This document shows positions 10,473 to 21,408 of a DNA stretch of 64,000 nt, piece by piece. The DNA lies in assembly GCA_004764695.1 (NCBI GenBank), contig SMSO01000037.1, forward strand, positions 4,068,747 to 4,132,746. The letters run 5' to 3'. Position numbers and translations under genes: made by a program. This DNA is from Schizochytrium sp. TIO01 (lineage: Eukaryota > Protista > Bigyra: Labyrinthulomycetes). The notes under the pieces were generated by a model. That model was not told the origin of the DNA, made no database searches, and saw only the letters and a list, made by a program, of their open reading frames with translations. Within the stretch, counting starts at the first letter, position 1, and every line of letters starts with the position of its first letter.

Positions 10473-11252
10473 TCAATTGCCTGGACCACCAGTGACTGAC
10501 CGAGAAGACTTACCTTTACAACAATGCCCACCATCATCGTGCTATGTCGAAGCTGCTAGGACTATTAAGAGAGCGGGGATGAAAGAGCTCAAATGGGCGA
10601 CTTCAACGAAGTTGAAACTGAAAGTACTAGCTAGAAAAAGGAGGTTGGGCAGTTTGCGATATCTTACATCCATTCATGCGTAGCAGTCAGTCGAATCGTC
10701 CTCTCGAACGGTCCACAAGATATGTGGCTGCGGCGCGGCGGATCCGACTGTGGCAGGGTGCAGCAGGCTCGATCGCGCCAAGAGGGCTTCGTGGCCAGTG
10801 ATCGTGGCCGACGAGGGAGCGTCTGCGCAGCGGCAGCTGCTCCGCTTTGGCCCTCAATTCCCAGATTTAATCTCCATCTAAACTTCTCCAGCCCGGATCT
10901 CGAGCCCGCCAAGGCCACCGCCACCGACCGCCAACGCCTTGCACCGACTCGACCAGCAGGCAGAGGACAACAGAGCCGCCCTGGCGAGCCTGCTGAGACG
11001 AAGGAAGACCTCGAAGCGATTACTTGTCTAACGGGGCTTCGAAAGTGGAGAAGCTCGAACTCCAATGTTCAAATCTTCGGCGAAGTCCAAAGTTCGAAGT
11101 TCAATTTTGATCCAAAGTTTGAAGCCCAAAACTTCACAACTTGACTTTCGGCGTCTGCGCCCTTTCCAACCACAGACGTAGCTTCTGGACGCCTACAGAC
11201 TGCCCGCCTTGGAGAGCCTCGCTCATTGCCACCTACCCGTCTTGCGAAGACG

Positions 11253-11303
11253 TATGTATGGATGGATGGATGGATGGATGAATGAATGAATGAATGAATG
11301 AAT
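11253..11303. repeat. Compound microsatellite (ATGG)n(ATGA)n
   Basis: Seen directly. Confidence 0.9.
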
Positions 11304-11660
11304 AGAACGAATCGACCATCTGACCATCAATACTTAAGAACTTGGATGATCTTTATGATCTTTAAGCTCATTGCTGAAATTTGCTGTTCTCAAATTTTCA
11401 TGTTCTTTTATCCCCCTCTCCTTTGGTATGGGTATATATTTATTTTCAAAGTTTAGTTGACATTACTTCTCCTTTCGCCCTTTTGGGAAGCTTTGCAAAA
11501 GTCCACAGAACTGGAGAGGAGAACTGGAGAGGAAGGAAGGGAGAAGGACCAAACTTTAGCAGCACCAAAGTGGGTGAAAAAGCTCTTTCAGAGCTCCCCT
11601 CATCGTCTAGAAATAGTAGTTGTCGAAGGTCGTTGTAGATAAATATGCCAAAGTTCTCCA

Positions 11661-11740
11661 TTCCTTCCTTTCTTTGCCGCTTCCTTTTCCTTTCCTTTCC
11701 TTTCCTTTCTTTTCCTTCCTTTTCTTTTCTTTTCTTTTAT
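11661..11740. repeat. Polypyrimidine (CCTTT/CTTTT)n tract
   Basis: Seen directly. Confidence 0.8.
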
Positions 11741-14700
11741 CTGTGTCTCTTCCCTCAGAGTTAGAAATACCGTCACTGAGATATTGAGGGGGGGAATTTA
11801 CATGTTATTATGGATTAAGCATTGTGAGGGGAAACGTAGCAGGGGGGTGCATCCGGCACGTGGCTACGGCACGCGCCTCTGCAAGGCGACGGACGTGTGG
11901 GCACGTCAGCAAATCATAAGTGATGAAGATTATCCTGCTACGTTGTTGACCTGAAGAATGAGTCCTGAAGGTTAGGTTGTAAGGTTCGTTTGTAAAGATC
12001 GACACAAGGCGCGTGACCAGGGCATAGATACCTGGACTACTCATGATTCGTAATAGAGCCGCTAAAGCTTAAGCTCTGGGACAACACCTGTCTCTTAGCA
12101 GCATCTCGGCTTTAGCTCAGACCTGCTCGCCTAGATATCAAAATGCCTGTAGTTCTTTGCGCTCGACTCTTTTGCGGCTGGCGAGAGATTTATTGCTAGC
12201 TTTCTTCCAGTACCTAGTCGAATCAGGAAAAGAGCAGAACTAGATACCCCGATGTTTTTAAAGTTCTCTCAATCACCTTTAGATTACTCCAATCACAAGA
12301 TCCTTTTTTCGCATCTCCAATGTAATAGACTTTCGAACACCAATCGAAGTTGGAGTTGTCCGTGTTGCTTTTGGCTACATTGCTAGTAGCAAGCTACGGA
12401 TTATAAAGATATTGTGCAATTGACGTTCAACAACCCGTGGTCTAGTCCATTTTCTTGGGACCATGGCGACCCCTGCCACGCGGCGACAAACGCAGCAATT
12501 TCTTTGAGTAGCCATAAAATGTCTAACCGTCTCATGAGAGTCTCTCTCCATCGCGATCGGCCTTCGTGGACACGACCAGAGTTAGTAATTCCAATCCTGA
12601 GGCCCGTGCTTGCTTCTTCCAAGTTTTGCAAATCGAGGTGTAAGGCGCCTGAGATCATCTTCTCCAGTATAATTATCCTACGCTACAGAGAGTCGTTTCT
12701 CTTCACGAAGTTACACGAATATGACCCGAGAGTCGATTATTCTTTTCTGCTTGCCAAATTTAATTTTTTAAAAGGTGTTCTTCTATAAATTAAATTAAAA
12801 ACCTCTGCCTATACATATTAATACTAGTAGAAGTAATTTACATCTGCTTCTAACTAGCCACCACAGTCTTCTGGTACTACATCTACTATCTAGGTGAGTG
12901 TGCCACTATTCAACTCTATGCTCTCTGCGGTCACCAAGTCGATGCTCGATAACTTCAAGAGCACTGAGTATTCGTTGGTGGACAAAGGTTTGTGCCCAGC
13001 CGCTGGGTGTCGAAGCACATTTTCTTCACCCATGGCGTTCGTAGCAAGCAACCATTTAGCTGGGTGCTCGGCGCTGAGCTGGGCTGCTAGGGTCCTAGGC
13101 AGCCGCTCAAGTGGCTGCTTCCGAGCCCACTTTCGCCTCACTAGGTATGGTAGTATACACTCAAATTACTCGTAGTAGCCGCCTATTACCTGCCTACCTG
13201 TGTTTAGTAGTGCAGTATTACAATACAATTTGGGATCACAGATTGTGACAGTGGGTAGCGAGGAGGAGGTCAAGGCTACGACTATCGAGCCTGGCCACGC
13301 TGCCTTGAAGAAAGAGAATCGTAAGATCTTCCTACCACCACCCAAACAGGAAATGTCTTCTTCTTTGTCATCATCATGACGATGAAGTTGACAGTACAGA
13401 AGCTAAGGGCGGAAAAGGAGGTACAACAGAGGTGACAGTTGATGCAATGTTATGAGGCAAGTTGGCAAGTCATCCAAGATTGAAAGTTTATTGATTTTGT
13501 TAGTGGCGGAATTAAATGTCATGATCTTTACAACTTATGACAGAGGAAAGGATACCCAAGAACGGCAGTGGTGTACTCGAAATTGGCGGCGCTTTTCGCC
13601 ATAATGACGACACCCTCCCCTCATTATAGCGCAGACTTTGAGAATGTTGACATGCTATTAATAGGTAGGTACCTACCTACATACCCAGTGCCAAGGTAGT
13701 ATCTTGTATCAAACAAGCAACAAAGGAAAGCTAAAACGATCGCGTGCCACTACGATACGACGATTCCTTGCCAAGTTCCTATCTAGCAAAACTAATGAAG
13801 ATCGATTGTCAACTGTAGCAAGACTACAAATGTATCTAGAATCTGAGCATAACGATTGTCTTGTCCTCAAGAAAGGAGGTGATTTCTTGACCTGAAAGGG
13901 CAAACTAAGATCTCTTCCCTCTCAGTTTTTAGTCCTAGTCGGTCAAAAGTAAAGGCAAACTCAGAATTCGCTATAGGATGCACTAAAACGCCTTGTGTTC
14001 AAGTTAAACAGTTTATTTACGGGGTTAAGCTACTCTAGTCTAAAGTAATGAAATATGGGAAAACGTGTTGTAATACAATCAAAACTTAAACAGCCTAAAT
14101 AGGTACCAGTTCTTTAGCAAGGCTAGAAACACCTTCAAGACAAATTCTAGCAGGCCACCTACTGATTAAAGGGAGAACCAGAGTCGCGACTTGCTCTACA
14201 TATTTGCTAGTTTCGCTGCAAGAACGTTCCCACGCGAAAAAAAAAGAAAAGAACTCGACTAAATAATTAGAAGGTTTTATACAGATAATCTGACCAAGGA
14301 AGTGGCTCTAATCAGTGAAAGGACCTTTTCCAAGCGCGTTGTTAAGGTTTAGCTTAAAACTTTAGTGCTGTCTATGTAAGGCTGTCTCTCAATGTTAAGA
14401 ATACCACACCAATACCACACCCAAAAACGATGAGACTCTGCAAGATGCGCTTGCCATAAGAGTACAGTGTAGCCTTATCCAGTTCAGTATTCAACTCTTC
14501 CTGCGAACTAACCTATTTATGTAAGCATTTCTGGTGTGACTTTGTTATATTTGTGTCAATAGGTAGGCACGCATCGTTCGTTATTCAAGAAAATTGATGC
14601 AGGCTCAAACTCCTTGCATCAGCTGGACTGGTCAGTGATGCATAAATGCTGACCAGCAGTTCTAGTTCTAGAATTTCTAAATTTTCACAAAATTATTCTA

Positions 14701-15513
14701 CAAAATGAGAAGATCCTTTGACATCAAGACGGACAGCGATTCTGTGGAGCACATTTCTATGGCTCCATAAATATGCAGACCTGAAGCTGCTGACGTGATA
14801 ATTTTTTGGGAGATTATCAGTTTCTTGATCGCACATTGGCAATTGCGAATGCTGTGAATGCAAATGGATGAATTCAATGCTCAAATTCACTCAACTTGAG
14901 GCAAGCGCTATCATTTATACAGGATCCTTGGTTCCTGTTGTTGACAGTGGCCAATTTTGTAAATTCACCCCCAAGATTTATCGACGACAGCTAAAACTAT
15001 GTCTTCAGTTTACATCTGGGCTAGACGAACTCAAGCCCCTTGTTGAAAAAGAGTATTCTAAAGTAGTGGACCTTGCTTTCTGTTTTCCCTGCCAAACCCC
15101 AAAGGTGCTCAGCATGTCGTCTTTTTCTAGACTCTAGTTATTTAGAATCTCCAAGGTTTCCTCTTAATCTTAGTCATAGCATGATTTCCCACCTATCAAT
15201 TTTAAAATCAAACAATGAAATTGACCAATCCAGGCATCTAAGATGATTTTATTTGAACATGTACATATTCTTTAAAGCCTTAATCTAGTTTTTTTTGAAG
15301 CGGTGTTTAACTCTAAAAGTTTCAATCCGCTTCAACTTAACCACTTTCATACGATTGAGATACCCTGGTCATTTAAATTTTTAATTAACATACTATGATA
15401 TTTATTGGATCAAAATTGCAACCAATCTTCAACATCAACAACAGCGATCCATCAGGAAAGTACCAATCTGTTGAGCGCTGCAGCGTCACACGGCGTAACA
15501 GCTCCGAGGTGCC

Positions 15514-18500
15514 ATGGAGGCACTCCGCGAGAAGCTCCCTGCGTCAGTGGCGACGGCAACGGCGCGGGATCTCAAGCATGGTGATGGCGAGGCGCTGCCC
15601 TTCGAGGTGCGCCTGCTCAGCCGTGACGGCGACTTCGAAGTTAAGTCTCGTGAAACCAAAACAGGATTTAGCTCCGAGCGTAAACTTCGAAACCTCCAGG
15701 GAATTCCACTTTCTCGCGGCGTGGAGCCCAATGCAGACATTGCGGACCTCGAAGAGGTTGGAGACGATATCCGCAGAAGGCTCGTGGCTGTGCATTTGCC
15801 TCTCGAGAGCACCAGCGATGCCGATAAAAGGTTCCTAATGAGTATTGTGGTTCCAGAAACGGGTGTTGATTCTAAATCAGGTCAAAATGAGTTCGAACGC
15901 AGCGTAGATTTACAAATGCGAAACCCACTCGATCCTCCAACGCTTCTCGGCGCAGAGTGCTTCGAAGAGATCCTTGCTGGAATGTCCAGTACAAACGCGA
16001 ATGCAAATGCAAATGCTACAGTAAGTGCCAATGCGAATGTGGAGGTCAAAAAAGCAGCAGCACGCAATGCATTGTATTTCTCTGAAGAGGCGGTTCAACA
16101 GAGCCTGCGTCCATTGTTTGATGCAAATGCAGAACTTCTTCGGGTACCACCTGGACTTGAAGACTGCGCGGACTCCATCCTTGACCTCTTGCAGCCACTA
16201 GACTCATCTGAAGATGATGTTGAAGATCACGTGGATCTTTCGGGACCATCATTAGAGGAGCTTGCGAATGAGGTACCTAATGCGCAAATGATGTCTTCAT
16301 CTGATATGGAGACCATGGCTCAGCGCCAAGCTCAGGCTGAGGAACGCCGCGCAAGACTGCTCAGAACTGCAGAGGCTTTACTCATTGATTCCGATGATGA
16401 CTTCGACGATGATGATGAAGATCTTGAAAGCGTGAGCTCTAATCAGCGAAGCGATCGTTTTCTTAACATCAGGGAAGCAGCATCTCAAGACGATGATGCA
16501 AGCAGCGGACAACCAAACGAACCTGAGGATGATGCTAATGAAACTGCAAGCCTGGACGAATGGGAGGGCCTCGATTCTTCTAGGTCTGAAATGAGTGAGA
16601 GGCATGTTAGCCTCAGTGCAGATGATGCGGATGCAGACATTGCAGGACTTGAGGCTGAGCTGGAAACCATTACAAAGGAGACCGCTCGCCTTGCAACAAA
16701 AGATCTCTTCGGTTCCGGCCCTCGTTTCCTGCGCCAACGTGCTGCAGAGCTTTCGGCCAAAACTGAGGAATTCGTAGAAACGCGCCCGTTGGACACGAGC
16801 GCATTTCATCAAGTGATTCCCAACCCGGCTTTGCGCTTTCCGTTTGAGCTCGATCAGTTTCAAAAAGAAGCTATCATGCACATTGAACGCCATGAGAGCG
16901 TGTTTGTGGCAGCTCATACCTCTGCTGGCAAGACAGTGTGTTGTGACTATGCTATTGCCCTTGCACTACGAAACCGCACCAAGTGTATCTACACAAGTCC
17001 TATCAAAGCGCTATCGAACCAAAAGTTTCGCGACTTCTCAGAGCGCTTTGGTGCAGATAATGTAGGTCTCATCACCGGCGACGTCAGTATCAACCCGACC
17101 GCGTCATGTCTTGTTGTAACAACAGAGATCTTGCGCTCTATGTTGTACCGCTCAGCAGATATGGTCAGCGAGATTGAAACTGTGGTTTTTGATGAGATCC
17201 ACTATATCTGTGACCCTGATCGAGGCGTTGTGTGGGAAGAAACTCTCATCATGTTGAGCCCTGACGTTACCCTGGTATTTTTAAGTGCAACATCTCCTAA
17301 CTCGGTAGAGTTTGCAGGCTGGGTAGGCCGCATTAAGCAGCAGAAGGTCTACGTAGTATTCACTGAGAAACGCCCCATTCCTCTGGAACATTGGATTTGG
17401 GCGCCGGGTAAGCAAGGTGAGCACCTTTTCAAAGTACTCGACGCAAAGAAACAGTTTCTCAAAGATGGCTACCTCAAAGCCAAGAATGCCCTTAAGCAAG
17501 TTGACGAAGATGAGACCGCTAAAAACAAACGTGGTACTGGCGCAAACCCTGCGAGTAAGAAACAGCAGAAGCAACAAGCCCAAGCTGCTCCGAAACGTAA
17601 AGGTTTCAACCCCAACACAGACCGTCAGAATTGGTTGAACCTTGTAAAAGACCTCGAGCAGCAGGAGCTTCTGCCTGCTGTTGTGTTTGCTTTCAGTAAA
17701 AAGATGTGTGATGAACGTGCATCTTGGCTGCAATCTCTCACCCTTACAAATTCTTCTGAGCGACACCGCATCCATGTTGTCTTCCATCGTGCATTGAATC
17801 GTTTGCAAGGCTCTGACAGAGAGCTTCCTCAAGTGCTCCGTGTCAAGGAACTGGTTGACCGAGGCATTGGCGTTCACCATGGAGGTCTTTTGCCTATCCT
17901 TAAAGAAGTTGTCGAGATTTTGTTTTCTGAGGGCTTGGTCAAGGTTCTCTTTGCCACTGAAACCTTCGCAATCGGCGTCAACATGCCGGCTCGCTGTGTG
18001 GTGTTTGCAGGTACTCGCAAACATGATGGTGTCCAATTCCGCGACCTGACCCCTGGTGAGTACACGCAAATGGCTGGTCGTGCTGGCCGTCGTGGCCTTG
18101 ATACTGTTGGAACAGTGATTATATATGGTGCGGGGCGCGAGCTGCAGCCTATTGATGTCTTAAATAAAATGATGACTGGCTCAGCAACTCGTTTGACTAG
18201 TCAGTTCAGACTCACTTATGCAATGATCCTTCGCTTACTTCGTGCCGCAGAACTTAGCGTTGCTGACATGATCAAACGCAGTTTTTCGGAGTTTGGAAGC
18301 CAGAAGTTGATTGGCGGCCGAGATATTGTCAGTATGATTGAACGTGGTGAAGAGAAGCTTCAAGAGCTCCGTGATACTCTCGGCCTTCAAGATACCAACG
18401 TCTCTGACTTCCAGAAACAGGCGTACGCTATGCAGTCACGTATTGGCCCACTTGTGCAAGCTATCTTAAGTGGCCAATTTGGCACTAAGCAAGCTGCTCT

Positions 18501-19701
18501 CGTGCTTCCCGTAGGCCGTGTGCTTCTTGTGAGTAAGGGCTCTGTTGCAGGCCTTTGTGTAGCTTGTGTTCTCAAACCACCCAGGGCCCGTGGTCAGCAA
18601 TTCTCTGTCCTCATCCTCGATGCTAGGCGCCCAAGAACAAGTGCTGTTGCACAGATCGAGGGGCCAAGTCGGGATTATGTCTTTCATGTCGAAAAGGTCA
18701 AGACACGGAACATCGTTTGGATGAGCTCTCTCAAATTAGACACCTCCAGCGCAGGATCGGTGCCTGCAGGTGAACTTGGAGCACTCGGTGCTGCTTTAGC
18801 ACCCGAATTTGTGCAATTCCTTGAATCTTTTGCAGCCCCTTCGCCCGCAGATGCGTCTCGCAGAGTCCCTGGCCCGAGCCTCTTAGCCGAGGTTCCTCCA
18901 ATGGATCCTGTATCAGAGCTCAAACTCGGCGAAGTTGACTTTGTACATGCTTACCGAGATGCGTGCTCATATGCCTCAGATCTGGCCAGCTCTCCGTGCT
19001 TGACTGACTTAGAAATGCAAGAGGATTTTATTAAACAGAAAAAGGTCACTACTCTCGAGTTGAAACTCCGGGACGCCAGGAGAGCCATTAGCGATGAGAA
19101 TTTGGCATTATTTCCCGATTTTCAGGCTCGCCTTCATGTTCTTGAGCGTCTAGGATATATTACGCATGGAGACCGAGCGGTGCAGCTCAAGGGCCGTGTT
19201 GCGTGCGAAATCAACACTTGTGATGAACTCATTTTAACTGAGATGGTTTTTGCAGATGTATTTGGCCCTCTTCGTCCAGAAGAATGTGCAGCTGTATGCT
19301 CTGCCTTGGTGATGCAAAAGAAGTGTGATGATGAACCGATTTTAACTGAAAATCTGGAATACGCACGTGATAAAATGACAAAGATTGCTGAGCGTTTAGA
19401 TTCGATCCAGCGTTATCACAGAATTGAAATGAACGAACAGGATGATCGCAAACTCAACTTTGCTCTTATGGAAGCCGTTTATCAATGGGCACGCGGGATG
19501 CCTTTTAAGCAACTCATGAACTTCACCTCTTTGGAGGAAGGTTTTATTGTGCGGACAGTCACTCGACTTGACGAAACATGCCGGGAGGTGCGTAATATTG
19601 CTCAACTGATTGGCGACGCCGAACTCTTCGCTAAGATGGAAGAAGCATCGCGTCTCATCAAACGCGACATCGTTTTTGCTGCTAGTCTTTATGTCACTTA
19701 A
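15514..19701 (+). CDS. SKI2: Ski2-like DExH RNA helicase (cytoplasmic exosome cofactor)
   Basis: Motifs SVFVAAHTSAGKT, YTSPIKALSNQK, DEIH, SAT, HHGGLLPILKE, QMAGRAGRRG and C-terminal IKRDIVFAASLY. The long N-terminus and the VFVAAHT signature favour SKI2 over MTR4. Confidence 0.93.
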   Translation: MEALREKLPASVATATARDLKHGDGEALPFEVRLLSRDGDFEVKSRETKTGFSSERKLRNLQGIPLSRGVEPNADIADLEEVGDDIRRRLVAVHLPLESTSDADKRFLMSIVVPETGVDSKSGQNEFERSVDLQMRNPLDPPTLLGAECFEEILAGMSSTNANANANATVSANANVEVKKAAARNALYFSEEAVQQSLRPLFDANAELLRVPPGLEDCADSILDLLQPLDSSEDDVEDHVDLSGPSLEELANEVPNAQMMSSSDMETMAQRQAQAEERRARLLRTAEALLIDSDDDFDDDDEDLESVSSNQRSDRFLNIREAASQDDDASSGQPNEPEDDANETASLDEWEGLDSSRSEMSERHVSLSADDADADIAGLEAELETITKETARLATKDLFGSGPRFLRQRAAELSAKTEEFVETRPLDTSAFHQVIPNPALRFPFELDQFQKEAIMHIERHESVFVAAHTSAGKTVCCDYAIALALRNRTKCIYTSPIKALSNQKFRDFSERFGADNVGLITGDVSINPTASCLVVTTEILRSMLYRSADMVSEIETVVFDEIHYICDPDRGVVWEETLIMLSPDVTLVFLSATSPNSVEFAGWVGRIKQQKVYVVFTEKRPIPLEHWIWAPGKQGEHLFKVLDAKKQFLKDGYLKAKNALKQVDEDETAKNKRGTGANPASKKQQKQQAQAAPKRKGFNPNTDRQNWLNLVKDLEQQELLPAVVFAFSKKMCDERASWLQSLTLTNSSERHRIHVVFHRALNRLQGSDRELPQVLRVKELVDRGIGVHHGGLLPILKEVVEILFSEGLVKVLFATETFAIGVNMPARCVVFAGTRKHDGVQFRDLTPGEYTQMAGRAGRRGLDTVGTVIIYGAGRELQPIDVLNKMMTGSATRLTSQFRLTYAMILRLLRAAELSVADMIKRSFSEFGSQKLIGGRDIVSMIERGEEKLQELRDTLGLQDTNVSDFQKQAYAMQSRIGPLVQAILSGQFGTKQAALVLPVGRVLLVSKGSVAGLCVACVLKPPRARGQQFSVLILDARRPRTSAVAQIEGPSRDYVFHVEKVKTRNIVWMSSLKLDTSSAGSVPAGELGALGAALAPEFVQFLESFAAPSPADASRRVPGPSLLAEVPPMDPVSELKLGEVDFVHAYRDACSYASDLASSPCLTDLEMQEDFIKQKKVTTLELKLRDARRAISDENLALFPDFQARLHVLERLGYITHGDRAVQLKGRVACEINTCDELILTEMVFADVFGPLRPEECAAVCSALVMQKKCDDEPILTENLEYARDKMTKIAERLDSIQRYHRIEMNEQDDRKLNFALMEAVYQWARGMPFKQLMNFTSLEEGFIVRTVTRLDETCREVRNIAQLIGDAELFAKMEEASRLIKRDIVFAASLYVT

Positions 19702-19802
19702 ACTATAGAAAAGAAACTATTTTCATAATTTTAGAAAACAATTTGGAAAACGATATGTGTGATTGCGCTATGGTATGAAACTCTGGTCCTTTGTTCAAAG
19801 AA

Positions 19803-21026
19803 TCAGCGAAGCCGCTCAACTCGGCAGAGCGCATTTGCCTCTTTCTGGCGCTCCTGCATTTTCTCCAAAGGTAATAGAGCAGGTGGTTCATCCATCTGAA
19901 TGTGAAAGTAAAACTGGCGTAATTGGGGGAACATCCAGTCCCAATAGGCTTTCGAATAATATACTCGGTGAACGGTAGGTTCCTGTGTTTGGTGATAACT
20001 CACAAAGTCGCACCATGCGCGTTTCGTGATGTGTAGTTGGCCCTGAACTTGGGCCATATAGTAAGCAGGGACGTATTCATGTGTTTGGTAACGAGGGCAT
20101 TTAATTTCAATTAGCCCGTCTTCCCCAATTAGACCATCGGGAGAAGCACCGAGATAACTTGCACCTTCGCAAAGCCAATGACCTGTTACTTGTACTTCAA
20201 CTTTTGGAGATGAGCAAAAATTCTTTTTATACCAGGCCAAAGCAACAGGTTCTAGCGTATTCCCTCTAGCTGTATCAGCGTTTCCTCGAAATGGATCTTC
20301 AACTCGTCCTGTCCGAAGCATCCAGAGATCTACCGGCCTGGCAAAATCGCTGACACCACAAACTACTCCAAATTGACTTGCAGTAACTCTTTCGGCACGG
20401 CTTTTATGCCATCCTGATGATCCTTGTACAATCGACGAGAGAATCAAGCCTGTCCCAGAGAGTTCACGAAAAAGTTCGTCCTCTAGCGTAGATTGCTCGC
20501 TCCTAAACTGGCGAAGTTTCCTTCTCAGATTCTTCGCTTTCTCTTTGAGTTGGACTGCAACTTCGTGGGCATTGCGAAGGCGATTTGCTGTGCGATTCTG
20601 GGCTGCCACTTCGGCAGCTATTTCTTGCCTCTCATTTTCGCTTAACTCAAGTTGTTCAGAATTGTGCCCTTGATCATCTTGCAGCATATCTGCATCAATA
20701 AATTCTAATGGATCAAATATCAAGCTTACATTGTCGGAATCTCCACGTTCATTTTCAATGCAAGATCGTTTGCGCTTTCTGTCGTGGTCGTCTGCAGACT
20801 CGTTCCTCAAGGTCTCAGGAATCCTTTTCCCATGACCAGTTTCTTCAACTCCAGTTGAAGTGCTATTTTCTGGCGACGTCAGCGCCCGTGAGAGGTCGAG
20901 AGGCATAAGAGGGGCCCTACTCTCGCTATTTTCATTGTTATTGACGTTTCCCTGGTACGTCATCCTAAGCTGCCGGAAATCGGAAATCCCATCTTTGGTC
21001 AATTGAAGAACAACAATCAACATCAT
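19803..21026 (-). CDS. YqaJ/lambda-exonuclease-like (PD-(D/E)XK) nuclease with N-terminal coiled coil
   Basis: Motifs QGSSGWHKSRAERVTASQF, GNTLE, LGASPDGLI, LIEIKCP and YMAQVQGQL..WCDFVSY. The true start may be the ATG at 20963. Confidence 0.85.
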   Translation of the reverse strand: MMLIVVLQLTKDGISDFRQLRMTYQGNVNNNENSESRAPLMPLDLSRALTSPENSTSTGVEETGHGKRIPETLRNESADDHDRKRKRSCIENERGDSDNVSLIFDPLEFIDADMLQDDQGHNSEQLELSENERQEIAAEVAAQNRTANRLRNAHEVAVQLKEKAKNLRRKLRQFRSEQSTLEDELFRELSGTGLILSSIVQGSSGWHKSRAERVTASQFGVVCGVSDFARPVDLWMLRTGRVEDPFRGNADTARGNTLEPVALAWYKKNFCSSPKVEVQVTGHWLCEGASYLGASPDGLIGEDGLIEIKCPRYQTHEYVPAYYMAQVQGQLHITKRAWCDFVSYHQTQEPTVHRVYYSKAYWDWMFPQLRQFYFHIQMDEPPALLPLEKMQERQKEANALCRVERLR

Positions 21027-21408
21027 GATTCGAGGAAGAGAGCAAGAGAAAGCATGAAAACACGGTGCTTTTTCTTTTATTCTCTTCTCCTATTTGGGGT
21101 ACTACTGCCTAGTAGTACTCTAGTGTACCTACACGCAAATATTTACAGAAAATTCAAGGTTTTATGATGGCCCATTTCGCTCACCAAATCGGACTCTTGC
21201 TTTGTGTGTCTTAAAATTGCAGATGTAAAATGCGAGTCGCTAAAAAAGGCCAATGGAATATACGTTTGCGGAAAGTACTCTTTTTAAATTATAGTATTAG
21301 GTACGTACCTACCTTTCTAGGTATCTCTCTCTACCATGGTGGGCGAAAAAAATTCATTAATGTAGATAGCAAACCTTGAACTTGATCTAAGCGAGGTTCA
21401 AGGTGAAG

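Noticed and set aside
11918-11970. C/D box snoRNA (GTGATGA...CTGA)
   Set aside because: Too short, no terminal stem and no recognisable guide.
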